Shown: one piece after another, positions 37,244 through 49,013 of the stretch
Numbering within the stretch: position 1 is the first letter of the stretch
How the letters are laid out: every line of letters begins with the position of its first letter
Assembly: GCA_000004985.1 (NCBI GenBank)
Contig: GG738877.1
DNA length: 64,000 nt
Source: Naegleria gruberi
Lineage: Eukaryota
Direction: 5' to 3' (one strand)
The notes under the pieces: generated by a model
The model's database searches: none
Told to the model about the DNA's origin: nothing
The model's input: the letters and a program-made list of their open reading frames with translations, nothing else
Program-made: the position numbers and the translations under genes

Positions 37244-39682
37244 ATGTTCATGCTAAGAAAGACAAAACCAACTCACAACGATAGAGGTGAGAGAATTGAT
37301 GGAGGAAGTGATGATAATCGTTTCGGAAGTAATAGAGGAGGGGGAATTTCATCATGGAAAAGTTCCAACGGAGATGATTCTTATGATAGAAATAATAGGA
37401 ACAACAACAATAGAGGAGGAGGTAGAAGATCATATAATAACAATGATAGATATGACAATAATAGACAATCATCATATAACAATGATAGATATGATAATAA
37501 TAGACAATCATATGATAAAAACAACAGATACAATAACAAACAAGATGATAGATATAATAACGATAAAAACCAAGAAGACGAAACAAATAACGAAGATGAT
37601 CTTGTCACATTCGGAACTGAACTTTCACAGTTGAATATTGCTGAAGTTTTTGATAGTGAAGGAAAGAATCAAATTAGAACTGCAAGAAGTATCTTGTCAT
37701 ATTTTAGAAGAATTGAATCTTTGATGAATAAGGATGATTTCCCAACTAACGAAGATCGTATTCAATTTATTACAAGTGTTTTCAATTATACTATTGAAAT
37801 GAAGAATTTATTTGAAGGTACTGGTGATGAACAAGAACAAAAGAAGAAGGGAAATTATGCATTAATTGTGTCTTTGAATAATCCTGTTATTGCTAAATGT
37901 CTTCAAACAATGGTACCATTAAGCTCTTCAGAGGATTTGAGAGGATTTTTGAATGCTTGTTCGAATCATTTACATATCATTAGTAATGGTAGATTTAGTT
38001 CATTCTTAATTCAAGAAGCTTTGAAATATGTTCCAGAAGTTGTTAAAGAAGAATCACATGTCGAAAATTTAATGCAAGATGATGAACTTGATTCAAAGCC
38101 AACAATGACTGATATTATAATTGAGGCCTATAACTCATCTATTGAACCAAACTTGTTCGATATGATTTTCCATAAGAATGCTTCATTTGTTGTAAGACAA
38201 TTACCACTTTGTCTTGGATATATTAAATCCAAGAAGGAACTTGGAAAAACTCTTTTGGATCTTATGGTTGACAAGGTTATTTCATCATGTCCTATTGGTG
38301 ATATTTTGAATGATAGTATTGCTCTTGGATTTTTAACATCACTTATGGAAAATGTTTCAACATTTATGCAAATGATTGGTAAAACTGATGCAAAACTTCT
38401 CTCTAAGATTATCAAATATGCTATTGAACAAACATCAGATGAAGAATTGACAATTTCTTCTGAAACAATTACCAAACTCTTATCTAGTACACAACACAGT
38501 CGTATTGTAGAATTAATTATTAGTATTGGAGATGAAGGTATTTTCTCAAATATTGTTGAAAAGATTCTTGCACCTAATGCTGAAAGCTTTGCCACAGATA
38601 AGAATAAGTGCTATACAATTGTTAATGCAATTGAAAGAGCAAATAGAGAACAATTTATTTTACTTTTCAATGCTTTGAGAGATTCTATCAAGAAGTGTTT
38701 CTCTGAGGGAATTCTCAATGTTATTACTTGTTTGGCTAAGGGTTGTTTAAAGTTCAATACTAAGGAACAAGAATTGATCCAACAATTACTCAAAGGATTG
38801 ACAAAGGATGGAGAAAAGACAAATGAACAAGCCATTGAAGAATTACTCTATTTGGAAGATAAAACTACATGCAATAGACACGGTTGCAATTTATTATCAA
38901 CACTTTTCACATTCCAATCCAAGAAAATGTTGAATCCACTTTTGAATATTTTCAAAGAAATGGACGAAGAAAAACTCTTTACATTGTGTACCACAAAGGA
39001 AACTAGTATGGTAATTGATTCACTTGTTCAAATGAGTGATGAGTTTATCCAAAAGATCAAACCAAAGCTTGTAGATTTATCTGTAAATGTTTATGGTGCA
39101 TTCGTTGTGGAAAAGGCCATGCTTGAATGCAAAGACAGTAAATTGCACATGGAAATTGCAACAATTTTGAAAGACGCAGAAACAAAGATTAGATCTAGTA
39201 AGCCAGGTTCTGTCCTTTGGAATAAGACCAACTTGTCACAATTCAAGAGTAATCCAAATGATTGGTTACAAAGAAAGGAAGAACAAAGAAGTAAAAAGAA
39301 GAAGAATGCCAAGATGATTCAAGAAATGGCAAATGTAAATATTGCCAACAGTTCCTCAAAGAAAAAGAAGCCAAAGAAGGAAAGACCACAAAAGAAAGAA
39401 CAAGCTCCATCTACCACTGAAAATATCGAGAAAACAGAAGCTGTATCTACAATTGAAACTGCTGAACCTGTAAAGAAGGAAAAGAAACAGAAAGAAAAAC
39501 CAACAGAAGAGAAAACTGAAAAGAAAGAAAGTAAGAAGAAATCTAATGAGGATCTCAGTCTAGACTTTTTGGAAGTAATTGATGAACCAAAGAAAGATAA
39601 GAAGAGAAAGAAGGAATCAGTTGACATGTTAGATTTTGTTGATAACATTTTAGAGTCAAGTCTCAAAAAGAAGAAAAAGTAA
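37244..39682 (+). CDS. NOP9: NOP9-like nucleolar Pumilio-repeat protein with an R/G/N/D-rich repetitive N-terminus and a K/E-rich C-terminus. Single exon.
   Basis: ARSILSYFRRIESL...EDRIQFITSVFNY resembles the NOP9 N-terminal region. Recurrent Puf-type helices are SSFLIQEAL, ASFVVRQL and GAFVVEKAM. The N-terminal tandem reads NNDRYDNNRQS(S)Y x2-3. The C-terminal KKKK tail is NLS-like. Confidence 0.6.
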   Translation: MFMLRKTKPTHNDRGERIDGGSDDNRFGSNRGGGISSWKSSNGDDSYDRNNRNNNNRGGGRRSYNNNDRYDNNRQSSYNNDRYDNNRQSYDKNNRYNNKQDDRYNNDKNQEDETNNEDDLVTFGTELSQLNIAEVFDSEGKNQIRTARSILSYFRRIESLMNKDDFPTNEDRIQFITSVFNYTIEMKNLFEGTGDEQEQKKKGNYALIVSLNNPVIAKCLQTMVPLSSSEDLRGFLNACSNHLHIISNGRFSSFLIQEALKYVPEVVKEESHVENLMQDDELDSKPTMTDIIIEAYNSSIEPNLFDMIFHKNASFVVRQLPLCLGYIKSKKELGKTLLDLMVDKVISSCPIGDILNDSIALGFLTSLMENVSTFMQMIGKTDAKLLSKIIKYAIEQTSDEELTISSETITKLLSSTQHSRIVELIISIGDEGIFSNIVEKILAPNAESFATDKNKCYTIVNAIERANREQFILLFNALRDSIKKCFSEGILNVITCLAKGCLKFNTKEQELIQQLLKGLTKDGEKTNEQAIEELLYLEDKTTCNRHGCNLLSTLFTFQSKKMLNPLLNIFKEMDEEKLFTLCTTKETSMVIDSLVQMSDEFIQKIKPKLVDLSVNVYGAFVVEKAMLECKDSKLHMEIATILKDAETKIRSSKPGSVLWNKTNLSQFKSNPNDWLQRKEEQRSKKKKNAKMIQEMANVNIANSSSKKKKPKKERPQKKEQAPSTTENIEKTEAVSTIETAEPVKKEKKQKEKPTEEKTEKKESKKKSNEDLSLDFLEVIDEPKKDKKRKKESVDMLDFVDNILESSLKKKKK
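37418..37545. repeat. Tandem nucleotide repeat in the NOP9 N-terminus: the unit ataataacaatgatagatatgacaataatagacaatcatcat is repeated about 2.5 times.
   Basis: The direct repeat of about 42-nt units encodes NNDRYDNNRQS(S)Y twice and a third degenerate copy. Antisense ORFs 37248..37586 and 37381..37608 are artefacts of this repeat. Confidence 0.75.
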
Positions 39683-39685
39683 ACT

Positions 39686-41179
39686 TTAATAATCGTCATA
39701 ATCTCTTTCTTGTGTTTTTTGTCTGAGTTTGACTTGATCTCTACCTTTTTGAGTATTACGTTTGGCTGTTTGAATATCTTTAACCTTGGTAAATTGCTTC
39801 TTTTTGATATCTCTCTTAACTTGTTCCTTAATGTCCTCAGCAGTAAGAGCCTTCTTCTTTCTCCTTCTTCCTGTTGCTGTTGAAACACTAGTACCAGTAA
39901 CTACTGAAGCTTGTTCATGATCACTGTCAACTTGTTCTTCTTGATTATTTTCAGTTGTTTCCTCGTTTGTTGTTGTTGATGGTTCTTCTGTTGATTCTGT
40001 TGTTTCTTCTTTTCCTTCTTCGTCCTTTTCTTTCAAAATATCATCAAACTCCTTTGCCTTGTCCTTTGTAAAACCACTAGCTTCGACACTAACATCCAAA
40101 GAAAATTCCTTTGTAATTTCAGAAAGTTTTGGATGATACCTCGAATATTCTGGATCATCCTTATCAATAACAATACCAAACTTCTTTGAAAAGAATGATG
40201 AAATACAGTCCAAATCTCTGTTAAAGTAATAATCTGCGTTTGCGTGTGATGTAGAAACCATTTGAGGGAAGTCAATTACGATAACCTTTTCACTCTTTGG
40301 TTTAACCAACAAGTTAAATTCGTTAAAGTCACCATGTACTAAACCATATTGAGCTAATTTAACAAGCAAATCTACACATTGTTGATAAACATACAATGGA
40401 TGTTTCATCTCTCTAATTTGATACAAAGGATAACCCTTAATATGTTCCATAAGAACACAATGTCTATTGCAGTCAATTGGTTTTGGTACAGGAATACATC
40501 CAGTATCATAAATAGCTTTCATAAAAGCAAATTCCTTTAAAGCACTCAATCTACTCATATATAACCAGTTAGTAGGCTTACTTCTCTTTCCTAAATAATC
40601 TCTTGTATTCTTAACAGCTCTGAATGATGATCTACCTAATCTGTGGAATTTAATAACAATTTGTTTTGCTTTATGTTCCAAATCATATCCAGCAAATCCA
40701 TCCTCTTCAAATTCAAAAGCTTCCTCATCTTCATCACTTTCTTCTTCCAAGAATTTTTCTTCCTTATCAAGAACAACTTTAACTTCATCTTCATCTTCTT
40801 CATCAACATCCTTTTCAACTTCTTCTCCTTCCTTTACAGGTGAAAGCAACAAGTAAATATCAGATTCTTTACCAACACCAATTTGTCTTCCGAATCCAAC
40901 AACATGTCCTCTTTTCATAAATGTTTTTAATGATAAAAAGTCATAACCTGGATACGTTAAATGATAACCATCATAATTCTTGGCATCGTGATGAACAAGC
41001 CTATATTTTAATAATAAAGATAATACTTTTTGTGTACCTCCGTGTCTGAGTCCTGCAATTCTCTCAATCAATGGTGTTGGTACTAATTCGTGATTTTTCA
41101 TACCCATTTCAATGGCTGTTAGCACACGGAAATCATCATTGGAGAGGTATCTAAATTTATTAGAATCTATTTTAACCAT
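39686..41179 (-). CDS. RIOK2: RIO kinase 2 (RIOK2), single exon, with an acidic insertion and a K/R/E-rich C-terminal tail.
   Basis: The N-terminal winged helix is MVKIDSNKFRYLSNDDFRVLTAIEMGMKNHELVPTPLIERIAGL. The RIO domain is GFGRQIGVGKESDIYLL...LVHGDFNEFNLLV...VIDFPQMVS. The ATG is at 41179; the track's 41203 start is a non-ATG codon. Confidence 0.85.
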   Translation of the reverse strand: MVKIDSNKFRYLSNDDFRVLTAIEMGMKNHELVPTPLIERIAGLRHGGTQKVLSLLLKYRLVHHDAKNYDGYHLTYPGYDFLSLKTFMKRGHVVGFGRQIGVGKESDIYLLLSPVKEGEEVEKDVDEEDEDEVKVVLDKEEKFLEEESDEDEEAFEFEEDGFAGYDLEHKAKQIVIKFHRLGRSSFRAVKNTRDYLGKRSKPTNWLYMSRLSALKEFAFMKAIYDTGCIPVPKPIDCNRHCVLMEHIKGYPLYQIREMKHPLYVYQQCVDLLVKLAQYGLVHGDFNEFNLLVKPKSEKVIVIDFPQMVSTSHANADYYFNRDLDCISSFFSKKFGIVIDKDDPEYSRYHPKLSEITKEFSLDVSVEASGFTKDKAKEFDDILKEKDEEGKEETTESTEEPSTTTNEETTENNQEEQVDSDHEQASVVTGTSVSTATGRRRKKKALTAEDIKEQVKRDIKKKQFTKVKDIQTAKRNTQKGRDQVKLRQKTQERDYDDY

Positions 41180-41424
41180 TTTTTTAAAAACAATCACCAA
41201 CAACCAACATTCAAATAATTATTGAATTATTTTTATTAACATGATATTAATATCATCACCATCAAACTAGTTTGATGCCATCATCGCATGCACCATGGAG
41301 CATAATTTCAATAGAGGTGCATAGAGTGGCACATTGTCAGTAAATGCATTTTGAAATTGATTTTTATTTACACTAGTTCCGATAGAGTTTGTCTTTTGAA
41401 TTCCTTCCTTCGGTAATAAGAAGA

Positions 41425-44400
41425 TTATTGCTTTGGTTTACTTTCCTCTAAATCAATCTTGATCTTTTTCACTTCTTTACTTCTCGAATATTGAACAGAG
41501 AGTGCAAAACCAACAATAGCAACACCCCAAACACCAGCTTGATATTTCCAATTCATTCCTTGTATTTTTTTTGATTGAATTAATTCGTCATATTGAAAGC
41601 ACCTGTCCCTATTAGAATTCAATCATAAAAGTCATTCAATTTCACCTTCTTACTTCCAAAGTTTGGTGGAATAGATTTGTTTGGAGGAGATGAAGAGCTT
41701 TGGAGGTCATCTAGTGAAAAATCAATAATGATATCATCATCTTCTAAATCGTTTGGAGTATTTGAGGAGGAGGCCCATTTTGGTGGTGGAACATCTGAAA
41801 ATATGAGAGACGGTAAGCTATCGATTCTTCTTGTGGAGCTTACTTCATTATTGGTTGACAATTTCAAAATCTTATCCAAATCCATATGCCCATTTGTTTT
41901 GAAAGCATCCTTGCTCTTTTCTTTCATTTCACTTCTGTATTTGGTGATATCAAAGTTATCTGTTTCAGTATACCTCTTAGTATTACTCATACCAGAGGAG
42001 GATGTAGTTTGATAATGATCTGGAGTATTATCAACAGCAGAATAATCAGCAATTGGCTCGTAAATATCCTCTCCTCCAAGAGGCACAAAATCGTCCTCTA
42101 CTATTTCAATTTCCTCTTCAATATTAACTATTTGCTGAGTTTCTTCCTCCTCTTGTTCATCCTTATCAGATAACACAACTTCCTCATCCTCATCGTCACT
42201 GTCTATTATTCTCCTCTTTTTAAGTTTTAATCCCTGAATCTTTGGTGATTGGACAATTATCTTTTCTCTGACAACTTGAGGAATAATTTGATTAGGAACC
42301 ATTCTCATATTTTTCTCAAAGAACTATCATGTTAACACGAGAATACTAGTAATTATTACAAACCTTCACGTCATTATGATATGGTATTTCCTTCAATGCA
42401 TCAATAAGAACTTTTTTCTGCTTAATGGATTCTTCATAAGCATGTCGTTCTCTACCCTCAGAAAGAAGAGCAACAATGTTACCTTTTCTCTTTCTACCAG
42501 TTCTACCAACTCTCTGAATGAGTCTTGTTGGACTTGAAGCAGAATCATCTATAAAATGTCAAACTCTATTTCAATAGAAAACTTACATAAAACAATCAAA
42601 TCAATTTCTCCAATATCTAAACCCTCTTCACCGATTGGTGTTGATACCAGTACGTTAAAAATACCATCTCTAAAATCGTGAATAATAGATTTTTGCTTCT
42701 TTTGGTTAAATCCTTTCTGGGCCCTTCCTTTGCCTTGTCCAATAAATGGAGAAACTTTCAGAATTTCATGTTTTGAAAGAATTTCCACAATAATATCGAC
42801 AGTTTTTCGGAAAAGTGCAAATACCACTACTTTAGTTTCTTGAGATGCTTTTTGGAAATGTTCCAATATGACTTGTTCCATTTTTTTGAGTTTAGGATGC
42901 ACATATCCCTGACTAATAATCTTCTCACATGCTTGAAGGATGGTTTTGAAAATTGGTTGTTTGATTATTTGATTTCTACTAAGAAGGTATTGTTTCTTCT
43001 TTTTGTCTGTTGTTTCAGTTGTTATATTTTGCAGCGAATCAACAAATAGGGTCATATCTTGGGTGTGTAAATAAAACAGACCTGTATACAGAGCTATCAA
43101 TACTCTATCATATTTAAGAAAAATATTCATGTTGATAACTTACTGAAAATCACCCATATATTTGTAAGCATCCTTTTTTTTACTCTTTAAAAATTCTGGA
43201 AATTCATTAGAGAAGGAAAAGAGTTGAATACTTACTTGTCATAGCTACGTGTAATGCATTCTTAGATAAAGAAGATGGGTCACAATTATAAACTGCACCA
43301 GCTTGAATCAATCTTTCCACAAATGGTCCCACTAATTTATAGAACAAATCTATAAAGATAATTTGAATCTAAATTATGAAATAATTCATTAAAACCTACT
43401 ATCTATTATCACAGAATCTCTATCACGATTACAAATTATCGTCTTAGTTTCTTTTTCATGTAAATATTCTGCTACATCCTTGTCTGATTCATCTCTAACC
43501 TCTACATGAGAAATTCTCAAATTTGTTATCACCTTTTGAATATCGGCATGAGTTTTTCCTGGAGTGGCTGACAATCCCAATACTCTCCAATGATCATTCT
43601 TCTTTCCAATTAATTTTGTAACCACACAATAAGCATGATTACCACTTGCCTTGTGAGCTTCATCAAAAACTACAAGAACTACTTGTCTTGCTGGACAAGA
43701 TCCTGTTTCTAAATCCTTCTCCACACACTCTGGAGTACAAAAGAATACTCGTTTAGTTTTCCACAAATCTACACGCTCGTCAGGAGAAATTCTACCAGTC
43801 AATACAACTGTTTCCTCTTCTGGAATACCCATAATATTGTAACAAGCATTCATTTGCTGATCTACTAGTGATATTGTCTGAAAATTATTGTAAAAAATCA
43901 ATGTAATCTGATTGAATACCTACATGAGCCAAGAAGATAATCTTACCAATTGGAAACCATCTATAATAATTGTACATTACAACACTGGCAATGAATGTTT
44001 TACCTAAAAGTGTCACACTAATGTTCCTAATTCAATACTTACCCAAACCTGTTGGTAAACATACGAGTGTATTAGTTAGAAGAACCTTCTCACAAATTTT
44101 GAACTGATACTTTCTCTCTGTATAGTTGGTTGGATAAATCCAAGTTTTTGCTGCTTCCAAATCAATTTGAGGAAAGCTTTTAGTATTATATTTCAATTCT
44201 TTTAGCTTTTCTTTCTTTTCATTCTCATGTTTTTCCAAAATCAATTCCAATTCATCATCATCAAGATTAATATCATCAATATTAATTCCTACAGTCGAAG
44301 TTGATTGTTTACTTGGAAAGTGATCGGAAATTGTTGTTTGTACATTGGTGATTCCTTTAGAGAGTACAGGTCTTAAATTCAGTGATCTATGATACAATCT

Positions 44401-44574
44401 CAAACCGATCGAGTCCTTCGATGATGAAGACTGATTATTTTGATTTCCACTGTTGTTACTATTTACATTATTACTGTCTCCAGAATTAATTGCATCCTGA
44501 TTATTTGAGGAAGCACTTGTCGTTTTCAATAATAACGATCGTTTGTTATTATTACTGTTCGACTTGGAAGACAT
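41425..44574 (-). CDS. FANCM/Mph1/Hef-family DEAH-box DNA helicase. Multi-exon, with ORF blocks 44574..44032, 43901..43389, 43130..42549, ~42540..42330, 42308..41619 and possibly 41622..41425. It has a long acidic C-terminal extension and a possible C-terminal hydrophobic segment.
   Basis: [40 protein letters not shown] matches the Mph1/FANCM motif-I context. The DEAH box is [15 protein letters not shown]; LGLSATPG is motif III. The helicase-C part reads [13 protein letters not shown]...[14 protein letters not shown] and [12 protein letters not shown]. The exon junction ...IPYHNDVK|[14 protein letters not shown] joins the helicase to the acidic ORF. The last ORF, ...[26 protein letters not shown], is linked only through a speculative 45-nt intron. 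Confidence 0.65.
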
Positions 44575-44835
44575 TTTTTCTTTGGAGTGAACAACTCTAG
44601 TTTTCTCTGGAATTGTTCAACTAGGAAAAAAACTCTCGAGACTAAAATTCATTCTCTTTAATTTGCACAATATGAATGCATTCAATAAGTACTAGTAATT
44701 TATGAAATTATAATATTAAATAGTTTTCTTTCTTCTCTTGCCTCCTTTCCAAAACCGGTCCGTATATTTTTGTAAAGTTGCTCTACTCTCAAATTTTTTG
44801 TTGAAAATAAAAATACCTCGAATCTAAGCCTTCAA

Positions 44836-46166
44836 ATGCCAGCTGAAAACGTTGAAACTGTTTTGGAACAAACTGTTGATGAAACCATCGACAACCCAGA
44901 CGTCATCAAGAAGTACAAACTTGCTGCCGAAATTGCTAATGGTATGTTCTTATCGTTGGATTAAAGCTAAAAAGAAAATATTTTGCGAATTTTACATTTC
45001 GCGACGTTGCTTTAATATTCTTATTTGATGGAATTTTGTATGATGATAACAAAATAATAATATATTTACATTCTATGATGATAATATAATGGATAATATA
45101 ATGGTATTGATATAACAATAATTATGAATATTTATGAACAATAGAAACCATGAAGCATATTCAAGGTTTGATGAAGCCTGGTGTCAAGGTTATCGAATTG
45201 TGTTCTGCTGGTGATTCTTTCATGGAAGAAAAGATTAAACATGCTTATAAGAAGTCCAAGGGCATGAAGAAGGGTATTGCTTTCCCAACTTGCGTTAACG
45301 TTAACGAAACTATTTGCCACTTCACTCCACTCGACAATACACCAGAAGCTGCTATCACATTGAAGGAAAATGATGTTGTTAGAGTTGATTTGGGTGTTCA
45401 AATTGATGGATTCATCTCCAACATTGCTCAAACTTATATTTTGACTCCAAACGTCGTCTCCGGTAGAGAAGCTGACTGTCTTGCTGCTGTTCAACAAGGT
45501 ATGGAAGTTGCTCAACGTTTGATGAAGCCAGGAAAGACCAACACTGACCTCATTCAAGCCCTCCAAAAGGTTGCTCGTGCTTTCAATGTTAAATGGGTTA
45601 ACGGTGTTTTGTCACACGAAATTAAGAGAGATGTTGTTGACGGAAAGAATGTTATTTTGTTGCACGAAGATGCTGACCAAACTGTTGACGAATTCAAGTT
45701 TGAATCTAACCAAGTTTTCTGTTTGGATTTGGTTGCTTCAACTGGTGATGAAGCTAAGTTGCGTGAAGGTACTTCTAGAACTACTGTCTACAAGAGAGAA
45801 CCATCCGTTCTTGTTGATTTGAAGGTTAACGCTTCTCGTAAGGTTTATGAAGAAATCAAGGATAAATTCGGTGCTGTTCCATTCACTGTTAAGCACTTAG
45901 ATCCTAAGTTGGGCAGAATGGGAGTTTTGGAATTGTTGAACAATAGAATGATTGATCCATACCCAGTTTTGGTTGCCAAGAAGGGTGAATTTGTTGCTCA
46001 ACAAAAGTCAACAATCCTCATTGCTAAGAAGCAAGTCCAAAAGATTACTGGTTTGCCAGTCCAATCATTCCAATCTGAAAAGAGTATTCAAGATGAACAA
46101 GTTCTTGCTGTTTTGAAGACTGATTTGAAGATTGTTCCAGAAGCCAAGATGGACGAAACTGATTAA
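44836..46166 (+). CDS. PA2G4: Proliferation-associated 2G4 / ErbB3-binding protein 1 (non-catalytic MetAP2-like). Two exons: 44836..44941, 45145..46166.
   Basis: MPAENVETVLEQTVDETIDNPDVIKKYKLAAEIAN|ETMKHIQGLMKPGVKVIELCSAGD matches the start of human PA2G4. KGIAFPTCVNVNETICHF, VDLGVQIDGFISNIAQT and VAKKGEFVAQQKSTILI are present. The 203-nt AT-rich intron has gtatgt...aatag ends. Confidence 0.85.
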
Positions 46167-46202
46167 ATTTCTTTATAAAATAAAAAAAAACTTAATTAAA
46201 TT

Positions 46203-47358
46203 TTATGTCATTTTCTGGAGATACTGAACTTTCCTTAACAACTTTACAGCCCAATCTATTACAGAGTGAATATTATCCACAACTGATTCCATATCTTCCT
46301 CAGTAACAATATCTTGTGTGGGCGAAAGCATTGATTGAGGCATTTGATACAGTACAATTAAATTACAATTCATCTCCACTTGCACAATCTTTACCACCGT
46401 TGCAGTGGAGAGAACAATTTCCATTGATCTTGGTTTGTCATTAACAGCATTCACTAATGAATAGTAAGTCTCACATTAAAAAGAATTGTTAAAATACTTA
46501 CTGATATCAGTTGCATTAGACATTAAGAAATGAGAATATGCTTGAAGGTCCAAATTCTGACTTGTTGAACAAAGGACATCCTTATCTTTGCTTATCAAAT
46601 CTGCACTTATTATTCCTGTTTCATTTCTCACTAATTTGTCGATTATTTTTGAATTCTGTTGTACTAAACTTACATTCATTCAATATTGAGTGAACAATTG
46701 ATAAAAAGGTTTCTCGTAATTTGACTTGAAAAACATAAGGATCGACTCGTAATTGGAATGGTTCTTCACTCTTAATCTCTTCTTCTGACACCATTCCATT
46801 AAATCGTATTCTTGGGTAGAGAGTAATTTCTTTTCCATTCTTATTTGAGAGTGAGGGAAAAACTCTCTGTCCTGTAAAGTAGCTTGATGGTTCCATTCGT
46901 GAATATCCAAACGAATCATGAGTTTGATAATTGGGCAGTGTATTTTGTGTTAATACATCTGATTTTGTTCCTATTTGATTTTGAATTTTTCTTTCTCCTG
47001 GAATTGGTATGTTCGATGTTTGATAGAGAGTTTGCTGCGTGGATTGTTGAAGTTTGGTAGATTCCTCAATATATTTCTGAAGAGTTTGTGTTGCTATGAG
47101 TTTGGGAAATTCATTTCCAACATCAGAATCTGTAATCACAGCACAGAACAATCTTCTAGAACCATCATTTACTATTGTTAAAGCTACTCGTTGCATTTCA
47201 AAATATTCCATTGTATGAAAAAGTTCTCGTTTTCCTTTCACTAAGACGGCAGTGAGAAGGGAGGCCAACATGTTTGAGCTATTACCGACTGGGGTCATAA
47301 ATTGTTTTTCAAACAATTTTACACCCGATTCTGTGGCAATAATAAGATTATGTATCAT
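46203..47358 (-). CDS. Longin-domain protein resembling Fuzzy (FUZ, CPLANE), a Mon1/HPS1-type tri-longin protein. Multi-exon: 47358..~46700, ~46660..46476, 46454..46203, approximate.
   Basis: The N-terminal IHNLIIATESGVKLFEKQF...LASLLTAVLV...RVALTIVNDGSRRLFCAVITDSD follows the beta-beta-alpha-beta-beta longin layout of human FUZ (VHLLCLAASSGVPLFCR...VIGSLNGV...TTVVWKSFHDSITLIVLSSE). Further longin-like C-terminal blocks follow. Confidence 0.4.
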
Positions 47359-47623
47359 AGTAAAATGTGATGAAGAGGTGTGAATAATGATGATGAACAG
47401 ATAAATAATTGTGATCTTGCAAGCCTTAATAAAATTTCAAACTATTTGTCCAATTCCTGATGATTGTTGTTCGAAAGAAATTCTACTATTGTTTTTAAAT
47501 ATTTAGCCAACTTATTCCTGATCCAATTCTCTATTCTCTTTTGTTGTTCTTTTTCAACTTAAATACAATGATGAGGAAGTACAAGTCTATTTTTGAAATT
47601 TTTTTTATTTAAAAAATTAAAAA

Positions 47624-48430
47624 ATGAAAAGATTGACTAGTGCTGCTCTCCAAGTCTCCAAATCATCAAAAGTTGCCAGTTTGGCTTCGATTAGATCCGG
47701 ATTGAGAATTAATTCTTCATCATCTTTAAATAATATTAATCATCAAAATGTTTTTGTTCAAATGTGTAATTTAAATTGTAAATCATCACAACAATTTTTC
47801 CATACCCAACCAATCAAAATGGAAATGGACAAGAGTACTATGGATGGATCAAGAGATATGCACGGAACAACAGTTTTGTGTGTTCGTAAAGCTGGAAAGG
47901 TCTGCATTCAAGCTGACGGACAAGTTACTCTTGGCCATGTTGTCATGAAGGGAAATGCTCGTAAATTGAGACAAATTGGTTCCGATGTTATTGCTGGATT
48001 TGCTGGTTCAACAGCTGATGCCATCACTCTTTTTGAAAGATTGGAAGCTAAACTTGAAGAATATCCAGGACAATTAATGAGAGCATGTGTTGAAATGGCC
48101 AAATTATGGAGAACTGATAAATATTTGAGGAAATTAGAAGCTGTCATGATTGTTGCCGATAAGAATATTACTCTTATTCTTACAGGTAATGGTGACGTTC
48201 TTGAACCAAATGAAGGTGGAGCTAATGATAGTGTTGTTGGTATCGGAAGTGGAGGTCATTATGCTATTTCAGCTGCCAAAGCTCTTTTGGATGTAAATGG
48301 ATTTGATGCTGAACAAATTGCTCAAAAGGCCATGCTTATTGCTGGTGAAATTTGTATCTATACTAACACCAATTTCACAAGATTAACCTTGGAAGAAAAG
48401 GATGGAAAAGTTGAAATTACTGAGAAATAA
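47624..48430 (+). CDS. hslV: HslV (ClpQ) proteasome-like threonine protease subunit with an N-terminal mitochondrial-type presequence. Single exon.
   Basis: The mature N-terminus [40 protein letters not shown] has a Thr-Thr nucleophile context (bacterial HslV TTIVSVRR...). [21 protein letters not shown] and [17 protein letters not shown] match HslV. An 80-aa R/S/K-rich leader, [29 protein letters not shown]..., precedes it. Confidence 0.85.
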   Translation: MKRLTSAALQVSKSSKVASLASIRSGLRINSSSSLNNINHQNVFVQMCNLNCKSSQQFFHTQPIKMEMDKSTMDGSRDMHGTTVLCVRKAGKVCIQADGQVTLGHVVMKGNARKLRQIGSDVIAGFAGSTADAITLFERLEAKLEEYPGQLMRACVEMAKLWRTDKYLRKLEAVMIVADKNITLILTGNGDVLEPNEGGANDSVVGIGSGGHYAISAAKALLDVNGFDAEQIAQKAMLIAGEICIYTNTNFTRLTLEEKDGKVEITEK

Positions 48431-48482
48431 ACCTTGTAAATTAAATCATGATGAGGAGGATGGACAAAGATTAAATAAAAAA

Positions 48483-48966
48483 ATGCCTATTGACGTAATT
48501 GTTGATTCTCCTGCTGAATTTGATGCCACTGTTCAAGATCAATTGAACAATAATCCAGGTGCTTTGGTTTATGTTTATGTCACCGGAAAGAAAGATGCCA
48601 CTACACAAAAGAGTTGGTGTCCAGATTGTGTTGTTTCAGTATGTTGTTTTTAAATAATTTTCAATCGATTATTAAACATGATCATAGGAACCAATCATTT
48701 ATGAAGATTTTATTCCTGAAGTAGAAAGAGAAGCTTCAAAGAAAGGTGTTAAAGTAATTGTAATCAAGGCTCTCGTTGAAAGATCAGAATACAAGGGAAA
48801 TCCAAGCTATCCATACAGAACACATGCTGATTTGCGTGTGAAAGGAATTCCAACTTTCATTTTGTGGAATGCAAAGGATGAACAAAAGGGAAGAATTGAT
48901 AACTTTGAGGATTTGGATTTACTTGATGCTTTGCGTGTACTTTCAGTCAAGATTGTCAAACAATAA
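48483..48966 (+). CDS. TXNDC17: Thioredoxin domain-containing protein 17 (TRP14-like, WCPDC active site). Two exons: 48483..48638, 48688..48966.
   Basis: ALVYVYVTGKKDATTQKSWCPDCVVS|EPIIYEDFIPEVE...YKGNPSYPYRTHADLRVKGIPTFILWN aligns with human TRP14 (...SWCPDCVQAEPVVREGL...PTLLKYG). The 49-nt intron has gtatgt...atag ends. The ATG is at 48483. Confidence 0.8.
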
Positions 48967-49013
48967 TAATCTGATTTAACTTTTTACAAAATAATTTTAA
49001 TATTCACAATTAT

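Noticed and set aside
39319-39888. Minus-strand 189-aa ORF overlapping the NOP9 C-terminus and the RIO2 3' end
   Set aside because: Its translation is a mirror of the K/E-rich coding tails (F/L/S-rich low complexity). Both overlapping genes are well supported on their own strands.
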